Below are positions 16,065-23,131 of a DNA stretch of 23,131 nucleotides, piece after piece. A program made the position numbers and the translations under genes. The notes beneath the pieces are model-generated. The model was not told where the DNA came from. It saw nothing but the letters and a program-made list of their open reading frames with translations, and ran no database searches. How positions within the stretch are numbered: the stretch's first letter is position 1; each line of letters opens with the position of its first letter. This stretch comes from Campylobacterota bacterium (GTDB lineage: Bacteria > Campylobacterota > Campylobacteria > Campylobacterales > Sulfurimonadaceae): assembly GCA_034717975.1 (NCBI GenBank), contig JAYEMF010000018.1:1-23131 (forward strand), in the 5' to 3' direction.

Positions 16065-16862
16065 CTAGCCTTTCATTTTGCTCAAACGGGCTTTTATCTG
16101 TATTTTATCCTCATACATTTTACTGTCTGCCGCTTCAATGACGGAGGTGACTTCTTCCTCTGTTTCAAAACTGGAGATACCATAAGAGAAACTGGTTTTA
16201 AAACGCTTATCTTCGACTTTCAACTGTTTTTTGATTACCGTTTCACGGATGATATGCATCTTTTGGCCAACACTCTCTACTGTAGCGTCACTCTCAAACA
16301 TAATACAGAACTCGTCACCGCCATAGCGGATCACCTTTCCGCCGCTGCGTTGCAACTGCAGAGTGATAAAGGAGAGCACCTTGTCTCCGCTGACATGTCC
16401 GAAGTTGTCATTGATATATTTGAAATCATTCATATCGACAATTACGAAGACACCCTTACTTCTAAAGTGCGTCCCCTCACTCGTCATAAAATGGTCCTGC
16501 ATCCATTTGCGATTGAAAGCACCCGTCAATGCATCTTCATAAACAGCACTGCGCAACGATGCTATCTCTTCACGAAGTTTCAATGTTTCATCGATCACTT
16601 CCTGGAGCGATGCACTATCGTTATTTTCCATTGCATCTACAGCTTTAGTCGCACTGTCACCCAACTGAGCAGCATGTTCAATCACTTTATCTTCAATAGA
16701 CTCATTGCTAATAAACGTTTCCGCTCCAAGATCAACCTCCATCTCCTTGGCAATATCGGTAAACAGCATGCTATAGCGTGAAGGCAGGACAATATCCATC
16801 TCATCTATTTGCTTCTTGGCCTCTTCAGTTATTTTTTGATGTATCGACTCTTCGCGTAACAC
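16065..16862 (-). CDS. Diguanylate cyclase (N-terminal helical region + GGDEF)
   Basis: DALTGAFNR, VDMNDFKYINDNFGHVSGDKVL, RYGGDEF (16308-16322), AADSKMYEDK. GTG start with AAGGA upstream. Confidence 0.92.
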   Translation of the reverse strand: MLREESIHQKITEEAKKQIDEMDIVLPSRYSMLFTDIAKEMEVDLGAETFISNESIEDKVIEHAAQLGDSATKAVDAMENNDSASLQEVIDETLKLREEIASLRSAVYEDALTGAFNRKWMQDHFMTSEGTHFRSKGVFVIVDMNDFKYINDNFGHVSGDKVLSFITLQLQRSGGKVIRYGGDEFCIMFESDATVESVGQKMHIIRETVIKKQLKVEDKRFKTSFSYGISSFETEEEVTSVIEAADSKMYEDKIQIKARLSKMKG

Positions 16863-16921
16863 TATGTTCCTTTATCATCACACTATGACAGCATAAAATT
16901 ATTTGATTATTTGATTTTGTG

Positions 16922-16930
16922 ATTATATCA
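16922..16930 (-). promoter_or_regulatory. Extended -10 promoter for the diguanylate cyclase gene
   Basis: TGaTATAAT on the minus strand, ~60 nt upstream of the start. Confidence 0.6.
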
Positions 16931-17055
16931 AAGTTTTCAATCCTAAAGACTTAAAGTTGACCCGATTATGCCCTTGTTTCATCATATAAAATCGACCCTG
17001 TTATATTTAGTGTCTCAAGGGTTCTGCAGCTCAGAGTTCACACAGCTGTCTGCGT

Positions 17056-18342
17056 CTATTTCTCTGGTACGAATATAAAACGGTTGATACCGTCACGATG
17101 CTCATATGCCAGCACCATACCGTGATGTTTTAAAATCGAATCCACCAGATAAAGTCCCAGTCCGAAACTGTTTTTCGATGGATGCTCTTTCGTGAACGGC
17201 TCGACATAATAGGCCAGCGGATGCGAAAGCGGTTCGCCGATGTTGTCAAACCAGATCTCTCCGCCATCGGTACCGATGGTGACTTTTTGATCCGGTGAAT
17301 ATTTCAGGGCGTTATCGATCAGGTTTTTTATCGCGGTGGCAAAGAGCTGATAGTCGGCATCCAGCTTATAGGCTGTATCGATCTGGATATCGACCGCATC
17401 ATGTTCAATCATGGCCAGGTCGATTGCCCCGTCAATAAGATCAAGCAGCCGAAACTCTTTTCTCTCCAGATGTTCCGAGCCTGAAGTCACCTCTTCGATC
17501 AGGGCAAATTCGTTGATCAGAAACTCCATCCGCTCGAAGATCGTGTTAAACCGGGTTTTCTGCTTCTCGCTGTCGAGCATCTGTGAAGCGATACGCCCTT
17601 TGGCGATCGGGGTTTTGAGTTCATGCATGATATTTCGCAGGAAGAGCGTACGCGATTCAAGCAGGGTGCGGATCTTTTTACGGGTATCTTCCAGCTCGTT
17701 GGCGACGAGCGCGATCTCATCTTCACGCCCCTTAATGGCAAAAGAGACATCCAGGTTCCCCGCTCCAAAAGCGGCAATGCGCCTTCTAAGAAGGCGCAGC
17801 GGGCGAATCCGCTGAAGGATCAGCACAAACATGATCATCAGCATGGAGACAATACCAATGAAGGCAGAAAGCAGGTTCCAGTGTGTATAGGGCTTGAGCC
17901 TGGTATCTTTAAGCATCACTGCCCGACGAGGCGATTCGATGTAAAAATAGATCGTATGTCCAAGCTGAAGCATTGTGGCACGCATATCTTCCACTCTCTG
18001 TTGACGAAACATTTTTGAGCGATCAAAAAACTGAATTTCATTGACTGCCTTGAACCCTTCACGTTTAAGCACCTTGGCCTCTTTAAGGATCGACATTGCC
18101 GCTTCCTCTTGATGAATGAGGTCAAGATCATAAACAGCCAGGTTGGCTTCGAGCATCGCCAACGATGTACGCTCTTGAAAATGCTCACGAAATATCCGGG
18201 TAATTACCTCATACTTCATAAAAATATTGTTGATGTACTGAATCCGGTTAAGTTTGTAAAACTCCCAGAATGCAAAACCTACACTTAAAAAGGTGATGAC
18301 AAATGCGAAAATAATGGTAAGAAGAACGGCATTGCGACGCAT
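17056..18342 (-). CDS. Sensor histidine kinase (Campylobacterota ArsS/RacS/CprS-like; 2 TM, HAMP, HisKA, HATPase)
   Basis: Two TM segments, HAMP (IRPLRLL...DEIALVANEL), H-box FLRNIMHELKTPI, N-box IKNLIDNALKYS, G2 SFGLGLYLV. Confidence 0.93.
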   Translation of the reverse strand: MRRNAVLLTIIFAFVITFLSVGFAFWEFYKLNRIQYINNIFMKYEVITRIFREHFQERTSLAMLEANLAVYDLDLIHQEEAAMSILKEAKVLKREGFKAVNEIQFFDRSKMFRQQRVEDMRATMLQLGHTIYFYIESPRRAVMLKDTRLKPYTHWNLLSAFIGIVSMLMIMFVLILQRIRPLRLLRRRIAAFGAGNLDVSFAIKGREDEIALVANELEDTRKKIRTLLESRTLFLRNIMHELKTPIAKGRIASQMLDSEKQKTRFNTIFERMEFLINEFALIEEVTSGSEHLERKEFRLLDLIDGAIDLAMIEHDAVDIQIDTAYKLDADYQLFATAIKNLIDNALKYSPDQKVTIGTDGGEIWFDNIGEPLSHPLAYYVEPFTKEHPSKNSFGLGLYLVDSILKHHGMVLAYEHRDGINRFIFVPEK

Positions 18343-18358
18343 TTATTCTGCCCCTAGC

Positions 18359-18402
18359 GGGGAAGAGGAAAGCGGGAAGAGAAAAGAGAGAAGGGAAAAA
18401 AG
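18359..18402. repeat. 44-nt polypurine/polypyrimidine tract in the regulator-kinase intergenic region
   Basis: GGGGAAGAGGAAAGCGGGAAGAGAAAAGAGAGAAGGGAAAAAAG contains a single pyrimidine (C at 18373). Confidence 0.75.
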
Positions 18403-18415
18403 CATTATAAACTAT

Positions 18416-19078
18416 CTATTTTAAAAGCTTGTAGCCGATGCCACGGACAGACTCTATGAGTGACTTGTCACCCAGTTTGGAACGGATACGACCGACCATA
18501 ACGTCAATACTTTTATTGGAAGAGTCTTCGTTGATGGCACTGACATTATGGATGATATCTTCGCGCGAGACGACCATCCCCTGCTTACTGATCATAAACC
18601 CCAAAATACCATACTCGGCACTGGTCAGATCGAGCGGATGTTTTTTATAGGAGATCTGTCTTGCCGATTCGTCTATCTTGAAGTCGCTAGGCATCTCTTC
18701 GTCTTCCTGAGAAACTTTTTCATACCGGCGCAAAACGGAGTGGATACGTGCCTCAAGCTCGCGTGGGTCATACGGCTTTGGCAGGTAATCATCCGCACCC
18801 AGTTCAAGCGCAGTAACCTTATCGGTCACGTCTGAACGTGCCGAAGAGATAATGATCGGGATATGCTGACGCTCCCTGATCGCTCCACACACCTCCAGGC
18901 CATCCATACCCGGCAGTGTCAGATCTAAAATCACCAGATCAAAGGGTTTGAGTTTTAAAATACTCAGGGCTTTAAACGGGTCATCTTCCGTCTCTACTTC
19001 AAAATCAAACTGCTCTAAAAATTCGGTCAGGATCTCTGCAAGTTCGAGATCATCTTCTATCATCAATATTTTAATCAT
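18416..19078 (-). CDS. OmpR/PhoB-family DNA-binding response regulator
   Basis: ILMIEDD, phospho-acceptor VILDLTLPGMDG, IISSAR, GADDYLPKPYDPREL; winged helix SIDVMVGRIRSKL...VRGIGYKL. Confidence 0.96.
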   Translation of the reverse strand: MIKILMIEDDLELAEILTEFLEQFDFEVETEDDPFKALSILKLKPFDLVILDLTLPGMDGLEVCGAIRERQHIPIIISSARSDVTDKVTALELGADDYLPKPYDPRELEARIHSVLRRYEKVSQEDEEMPSDFKIDESARQISYKKHPLDLTSAEYGILGFMISKQGMVVSREDIIHNVSAINEDSSNKSIDVMVGRIRSKLGDKSLIESVRGIGYKLLK

Positions 19079-19083
19079 GGAAA

Positions 19084-19089
19084 ATTGTA
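19084..19089 (-). promoter_or_regulatory. -10 box directly upstream of the regulator ATG (leaderless-type promoter)
   Basis: TACAAT-TTTCC-ATG on the minus strand; no convincing Shine-Dalgarno upstream. Confidence 0.55.
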
Positions 19090-19121
19090 GCCTATGTAGA
19101 TTAATTAACGGCTAATACCCT

Positions 19122-20696
19122 TCACTCCGGCAGTGTCGGCAGTGGCTCGTCAATGTGGTAGCCTTGCGAATAGTCGATCCCCATCTGTTTTACTTTTGCC
19201 ATCACGGTACTCGAATGGACAAACTCGGCAATTGTCTTGATCTTCATTTTCTGGGCAAAGCTGACAATCGTCTGGGTAATAATATAAGAGTTTGAACTAC
19301 TGTCAATATCTTTGATCAAAGAACCGTCTATTTTAATGTAATCGACATCGATCTTGGTCAGGTAGGCAAAATTGGAAAAGCCGCTGCCAAAGTCATCGAT
19401 GGCGACGCGGGCACCGTAACGCTTTACTTCAGTGATAAAGCGGGAGACCTTTTTATAATCCTCCACGGCTTCTGATTCAAGCAGCTCAAAGATGACCCGT
19501 TCACCCATCCCTGAATCCTGCAGTTTGGCGATAATAAAATCATAGATCTCCTGACTCATCACATCCTCGATGGAGAGATTGATCGAAAAGTCGTAGCTGT
19601 TGCTTGCAAATACTTCAAAAGATTTCTCAATAATCGTTTTGGTTACCTGATTGTAGACCTTGATCTTCTTGGCAATATCTATAAACATGGTTGGAGAGAG
19701 AATCAAACCATCTTCATCCAGCAGTCTTGATAAGCACTCAAACTTTTCTATCGCTCCGGTCTCATTATTCACAATTGGCTGAAAGTAGGGGATAATTCCG
19801 GATTTTTCGATTGCCTTACGCACTTTAAGGGCCGTTTTCAAATTATTTTCATACTGGTGTTCAAAGTGCATTCGATCTTCATATATCCAAAACGGAAGCT
19901 GCATCTCTTTGGCGTACTTGAGTGCCATACCTACTTTGGAAAAGATATCCTCATGGTTACGTCCCGCCGTTGATGCCATGGTAATATCGATATAGATCTG
20001 CGTATCATGAAAACGATAAAAACGGTGTTTGAAGTGTTCACTCAGTTCAAACAGATAAGCTTTCAGACTGTAAAAATCCATAGGGTTATCGATCAAAATG
20101 GCAAATTCGTCTGCTGACATACGGTAAACCTGCATCTCCTTGGCATACTCACTAATCGTGACAGAAAGCTGCTCAAGAATAAAATCACCGACGACGAAAC
20201 CGTAAAAATCATTGATGAGTTTGAAGTTGTCAATATTGATCAATACAAACGAATAGTCTGAATTTTCCTGGAGATCGTGACGCAGTTTATAGAGATTTGG
20301 AAGATTGGTCAGGGTGTCGATGAAATAGCGCTTTACCAGCTGATGCTTCGCCTCGGCAACCTGTTCGGAAAGTCTGCTGCGCTGCATCTGTGAGTGAAAC
20401 AGAAAGATATCTTGAGGCAGTGCAGCAGGTTCCTCTTTCAGCATGGTGTCATCATACGTATAGACGATGATCTCCGTTTTTGCATCACGCTCCGTATGCA
20501 GAGGGACTATCTCTACGCCTTCAAACTGCTTGGTCAGGCCATGTATAAGATTCTGGATCATGACGGTATTATGCAGATAGGTAGCAATATGTACCAGCAG
20601 ATGCTCTCGTGCAATCTCGGCAACTGAAGCTATGAGATCATCAACTTCACCAGATGTGGCAAGTGAAAACTGATGGATTGAAAAACCTGTATTCAT
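19122..20696 (-). CDS. GGDEF-EAL protein, probable c-di-GMP phosphodiesterase (degenerate GGDEF)
   Basis: DTLTNLPN, NIDNFKLINDFYG, SADEF replacing GGDEF (20103-20117); EAL domain PYFQPI, FECLSRL, FELLESE, IDDFGSGFSN, IKIDGS, IAEFV, QGY. ATG at 20696 with GGAG 5 nt upstream. Confidence 0.92.
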   Translation of the reverse strand: MNTGFSIHQFSLATSGEVDDLIASVAEIAREHLLVHIATYLHNTVMIQNLIHGLTKQFEGVEIVPLHTERDAKTEIIVYTYDDTMLKEEPAALPQDIFLFHSQMQRSRLSEQVAEAKHQLVKRYFIDTLTNLPNLYKLRHDLQENSDYSFVLINIDNFKLINDFYGFVVGDFILEQLSVTISEYAKEMQVYRMSADEFAILIDNPMDFYSLKAYLFELSEHFKHRFYRFHDTQIYIDITMASTAGRNHEDIFSKVGMALKYAKEMQLPFWIYEDRMHFEHQYENNLKTALKVRKAIEKSGIIPYFQPIVNNETGAIEKFECLSRLLDEDGLILSPTMFIDIAKKIKVYNQVTKTIIEKSFEVFASNSYDFSINLSIEDVMSQEIYDFIIAKLQDSGMGERVIFELLESEAVEDYKKVSRFITEVKRYGARVAIDDFGSGFSNFAYLTKIDVDYIKIDGSLIKDIDSSSNSYIITQTIVSFAQKMKIKTIAEFVHSSTVMAKVKQMGIDYSQGYHIDEPLPTLPE

Positions 20697-20744
20697 GAGC
20701 ACTCCAGGAGAAGGAGACTTCAGGAATTCTCCTTCAAATACTCC

Positions 20745-20753
20745 ATTATATCA
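20745..20753 (-). promoter_or_regulatory. Extended -10 promoter for the GGDEF-EAL gene
   Basis: TGaTATAAT on the minus strand, just downstream of the feoB stop and followed by a leader hairpin (20710-20735). Confidence 0.6.
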
Positions 20754-20768
20754 TATACGATACTGCTT

Positions 20769-22910
20769 TTAAGTAATTAGGAGTGTCACCCTGTATGCGA
20801 TAAATGCCAGCAGATAAGCTACAATACTCGTAAAGAACAGGAGATAGAAAAAGTATTTTATCCCTCCTGCCTCACGGGTAAAGACGACCGATGCGGCAAG
20901 ACACGGCAGATAGAGCATGATGACAACGATAAACGCTACTGCCGAGGCGAATGGGATGTTTTCAGAGATCGCATTCATAAGCGAATCACTCTCTTCATCA
21001 ACATCAGCCCCCAATGAGTAGAGTACACCCAAAGTAGAGACGACCACCTCTTTCGCTGCCAAACCGGTCTGTAAAGCTACTGCCATCTTCCAGTCTGCAC
21101 CGATGGGTGCGAATACCGGTTCGATAAATTTACCGATCTGTCCGAGATAGCTGCTTTCCAGCAACGCTTCAGCCATCTTGTTTTCCAGTCCTGCCGCGAT
21201 CTCCGGCGATGCAGCTGCTTCTATGTTAACAGCAAAGGACTCTTCGATCTGTGTATTGTGCGGATAGTTGCTCAAAAACCAGACTAGCATCGAAGCTGCA
21301 GCGATGAAAGTACCGGCTTTTTTGAGATACATCCAGGTCTTTGTCATCACTGTGTGCCAGATCAGCTTCACCGAAGGCATACGATACTTTGGCATCTCCA
21401 TGACAAATGGTTCGTCCGCTCCTTTAAAAGCGGTCATTTTTAACACTTTTGCCGCGATCAATCCGACCATCGCTCCGGAAATATAGATGAGGAAAAGAAT
21501 ATTACCTGCCATCTCAGTTGAAAAGAAAGCCCCGGCGAAGAGGACATAGACCGGCAGTCTCGCTCCACAGCTCATAAAGCCGATGATAAAGAGCGTCAAC
21601 AAGCGGTCACGATCGTTTTTGAGGATACGTGCCGACATATATGCCGGGATAGAACACCCAAATCCGGTTACCAGCGGGATAAACGACTGGCCATGTAATC
21701 CAAATTTATGAAAAAAGCCATCCAGCAAAAAGGCAACCCGGGACATATATCCGGTCGATTCCAGCAGTGCTATCCCTATAAATAAAATAATGATATTTGG
21801 AACAAACAAGACCACAGCACCGACACCTGCGATAACCCCGTCAACAATGAGCGAACGTATATCGTCATGGGCGATCGTCGCACCAACGGTATCTCCAAAC
21901 CATCCGAAAAAGGCATCGATCCACTCCATTGGGATTGAGCCGATCTCAAATGTCAGCTGAAAGAGCCCCCACATTAAAAACAGGAAGATAGGAATCCCGA
22001 AAAATGGGTGGATCAGCACATTATCGACCTTCTCTGTCAGTGTCTTCTGTTCAGCCTCTTTGCTCTTGGCAATTACCGTCTCGGCAATAATACCGCGGTT
22101 AAATGAGAAGTACTCTTCGGCAAAAGCCTCTTTCACATCTTCTGTACCGTGATGCAGTTCAATATGATGATTGGCTTCGATAAGAATCGGCTGAAGCTCT
22201 GTCCAGATCGGATTGTCATGTATCTTTGCATAGGTTTTTTTATTGTTCTTCAAAAGATTGATGGCAACATTGCGGTAGGAGTTGACGGCCTCATATTTAT
22301 GACGGGCAAGGTAATCGACAATATTGCCGATCTCCTCTTCGACTGCTTCACTGAAGATCAGTTTGGACTCCTGATCGTGAAGTTCATGCACTTTCACTAC
22401 CGTATCGATCAGCTCCTCAACACCCAGTTTCGTGACGGCAGAGACCTTAATAGCCGGAATACCCAACAGCTGAGAGAGGTACTTGGCATCGATCTCGATC
22501 CCCTCTTTTTCCGCTTCATCGGTCATATTGAGTGCCAAGACTATATTTTTACTCATGCTCATCAGTTCGGCAGTAAGTTGAAGATTTTTCTCCAGATTGG
22601 TCGAGTCGACGACATTGATGATCAGATCATAAGATTCCGCACAAAGGTAATCATGCGTCACACGCTCCTCAATGGAGTAGTCGGTAAATGCGTAGGTTCC
22701 CGGAAGATCGACAACTGTGAAGTGGTAATTTTTATAGTCAAAGAGGACTTCGGATTTCTCGACCGTCACCCCGGTAAAGTTACCGACATGCAGCCGTGCA
22801 TTGCTGATGGAGTTGATCAGCATACTTTTGCCGACATTCGGCTGCCCGACAAGGGCAATTTTAATATGCTTGGCCGTTACCGGACAGCTTCTCTCTTCAA
22901 CAGGCTTCAT
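20769..22910 (-). CDS. feoB: Ferrous iron transporter B
   Basis: G1 GQPNVGKS, G2 VGNFTGVTVE, G3 DLPG, G4 NMTD, G5 SAV; membrane motifs LESTGYMSRVAF, GFGCSIPA, MSCGARLPVY, FVMEMPKY, AKEVVV, LYLPC. Confidence 0.98.
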   Translation of the reverse strand: MKPVEERSCPVTAKHIKIALVGQPNVGKSMLINSISNARLHVGNFTGVTVEKSEVLFDYKNYHFTVVDLPGTYAFTDYSIEERVTHDYLCAESYDLIINVVDSTNLEKNLQLTAELMSMSKNIVLALNMTDEAEKEGIEIDAKYLSQLLGIPAIKVSAVTKLGVEELIDTVVKVHELHDQESKLIFSEAVEEEIGNIVDYLARHKYEAVNSYRNVAINLLKNNKKTYAKIHDNPIWTELQPILIEANHHIELHHGTEDVKEAFAEEYFSFNRGIIAETVIAKSKEAEQKTLTEKVDNVLIHPFFGIPIFLFLMWGLFQLTFEIGSIPMEWIDAFFGWFGDTVGATIAHDDIRSLIVDGVIAGVGAVVLFVPNIIILFIGIALLESTGYMSRVAFLLDGFFHKFGLHGQSFIPLVTGFGCSIPAYMSARILKNDRDRLLTLFIIGFMSCGARLPVYVLFAGAFFSTEMAGNILFLIYISGAMVGLIAAKVLKMTAFKGADEPFVMEMPKYRMPSVKLIWHTVMTKTWMYLKKAGTFIAAASMLVWFLSNYPHNTQIEESFAVNIEAAASPEIAAGLENKMAEALLESSYLGQIGKFIEPVFAPIGADWKMAVALQTGLAAKEVVVSTLGVLYSLGADVDEESDSLMNAISENIPFASAVAFIVVIMLYLPCLAASVVFTREAGGIKYFFYLLFFTSIVAYLLAFIAYRVTLLIT

Positions 22911-23131
22911 GCGACCACCTCGATGAGATCGGCTTCCTCTTTACGAAGTGCCAGCTGCATCTTTCCTACTTTAATCTCGACAGTGCTTTTAGCTGCCGTA
23001 TAAGCCAATACAGAGATCTCCGCATGCTTCATAATACCCAACGAGATAAGACGCTGTTTCAACGCTCCACTGGCATGAAGTTTGGAAACAACCACCTTAC
23101 TCCCTTTCGAACACTCTGTAAGTAATTTCAT
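22907..23131 (-). CDS. feoA: Ferrous iron transport protein A (SH3-like)
   Basis: 74 aa with LKQRLISLGI and LALRKEEADLIEV; ATGA overlap with feoB. The start codon is at the window edge, so upstream context is not visible. Confidence 0.92.
   Translation of the reverse strand: MKLLTECSKGSKVVVSKLHASGALKQRLISLGIMKHAEISVLAYTAAKSTVEIKVGKMQLALRKEEADLIEVVA

Noticed and set aside
16931..17055. Possible c-di-GMP riboswitch, sRNA or sigma28 promoter upstream of the DGC gene
   Set aside because: Only weak stems (CAGCT/AGCTG, ACCCT/AGGGT) and no GGCAAAC...GAAA...GACGCAAA c-di-GMP-I core. CGATTT/CCGAT matches are too short and irregularly spaced to support.
17200..17260. Degenerate G1 box (DNIGEPL) suggesting a pseudokinase
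   Set aside because: A reduced G1 box is usual for this Campylobacterota kinase type, and the H, N and G2 boxes are intact.
154..21486. The many other 60-175-aa ORFs overlapping assigned genes (e.g. 1547-1951, 12717-13175, 16254-16781, 17411-17815)
   Set aside because: All lie within or antisense to confidently identified genes and show no domain signatures.
22149..23003. 284-aa plus-strand ORF antisense to feoB/feoA
   Set aside because: Shadow ORF opposite well-conserved genes, with no recognisable motif or RBS; explained by sense-strand codon bias.
1..23131. Defence system, prophage, IS element or CRISPR-Cas
   Set aside because: No such genes or repeats seen. The S8 protease has a signal peptide and no AAA+ ATPase partner, so it is not an IetAS-type toxin/defence module.

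Overview
Core chromosomal region of a free-living Campylobacterota (Epsilonproteobacteria) bacterium. A Sulfurimonas/Sulfuricurvum-like lineage is inferred from gene order and protein style, not from a search. Left end (+): an 864-aa secreted S8 subtilisin-like protease with 3 PKD and 2 FN3 repeats, compositionally unlike its neighbours. It converges at a perfect 25-nt inverted repeat with a gap-free ~10.6-kb minus-strand run: greA-argC-lpxH-cheV-cheA-cheW-mlaE-mlaF-mlaD-(PqiC-like lipoprotein)-amrS. This run is preceded by an extended -10 promoter and a GC-rich multi-hairpin leader. Next come surE-tcdA (-), a divergent chemoreceptor with a very short C-terminal arm (+), and a minus-strand block: feoA-feoB, a degenerate-GGDEF/EAL phosphodiesterase, an OmpR-family regulator with an ArsS-like kinase, and a GGDEF diguanylate cyclase. 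I found no tRNA/rRNA, CRISPR array, transposase, integrase, phage or defence gene, and I cannot demonstrate a wholly new multi-gene system. The best leads are the structured greA leader, the orphan amrS coupled to an Mla/Pqi-type transporter, the asymmetric MCP, the C/U-only leader of the kinase, a probably leaderless regulator mRNA, and the apparently foreign modular protease.
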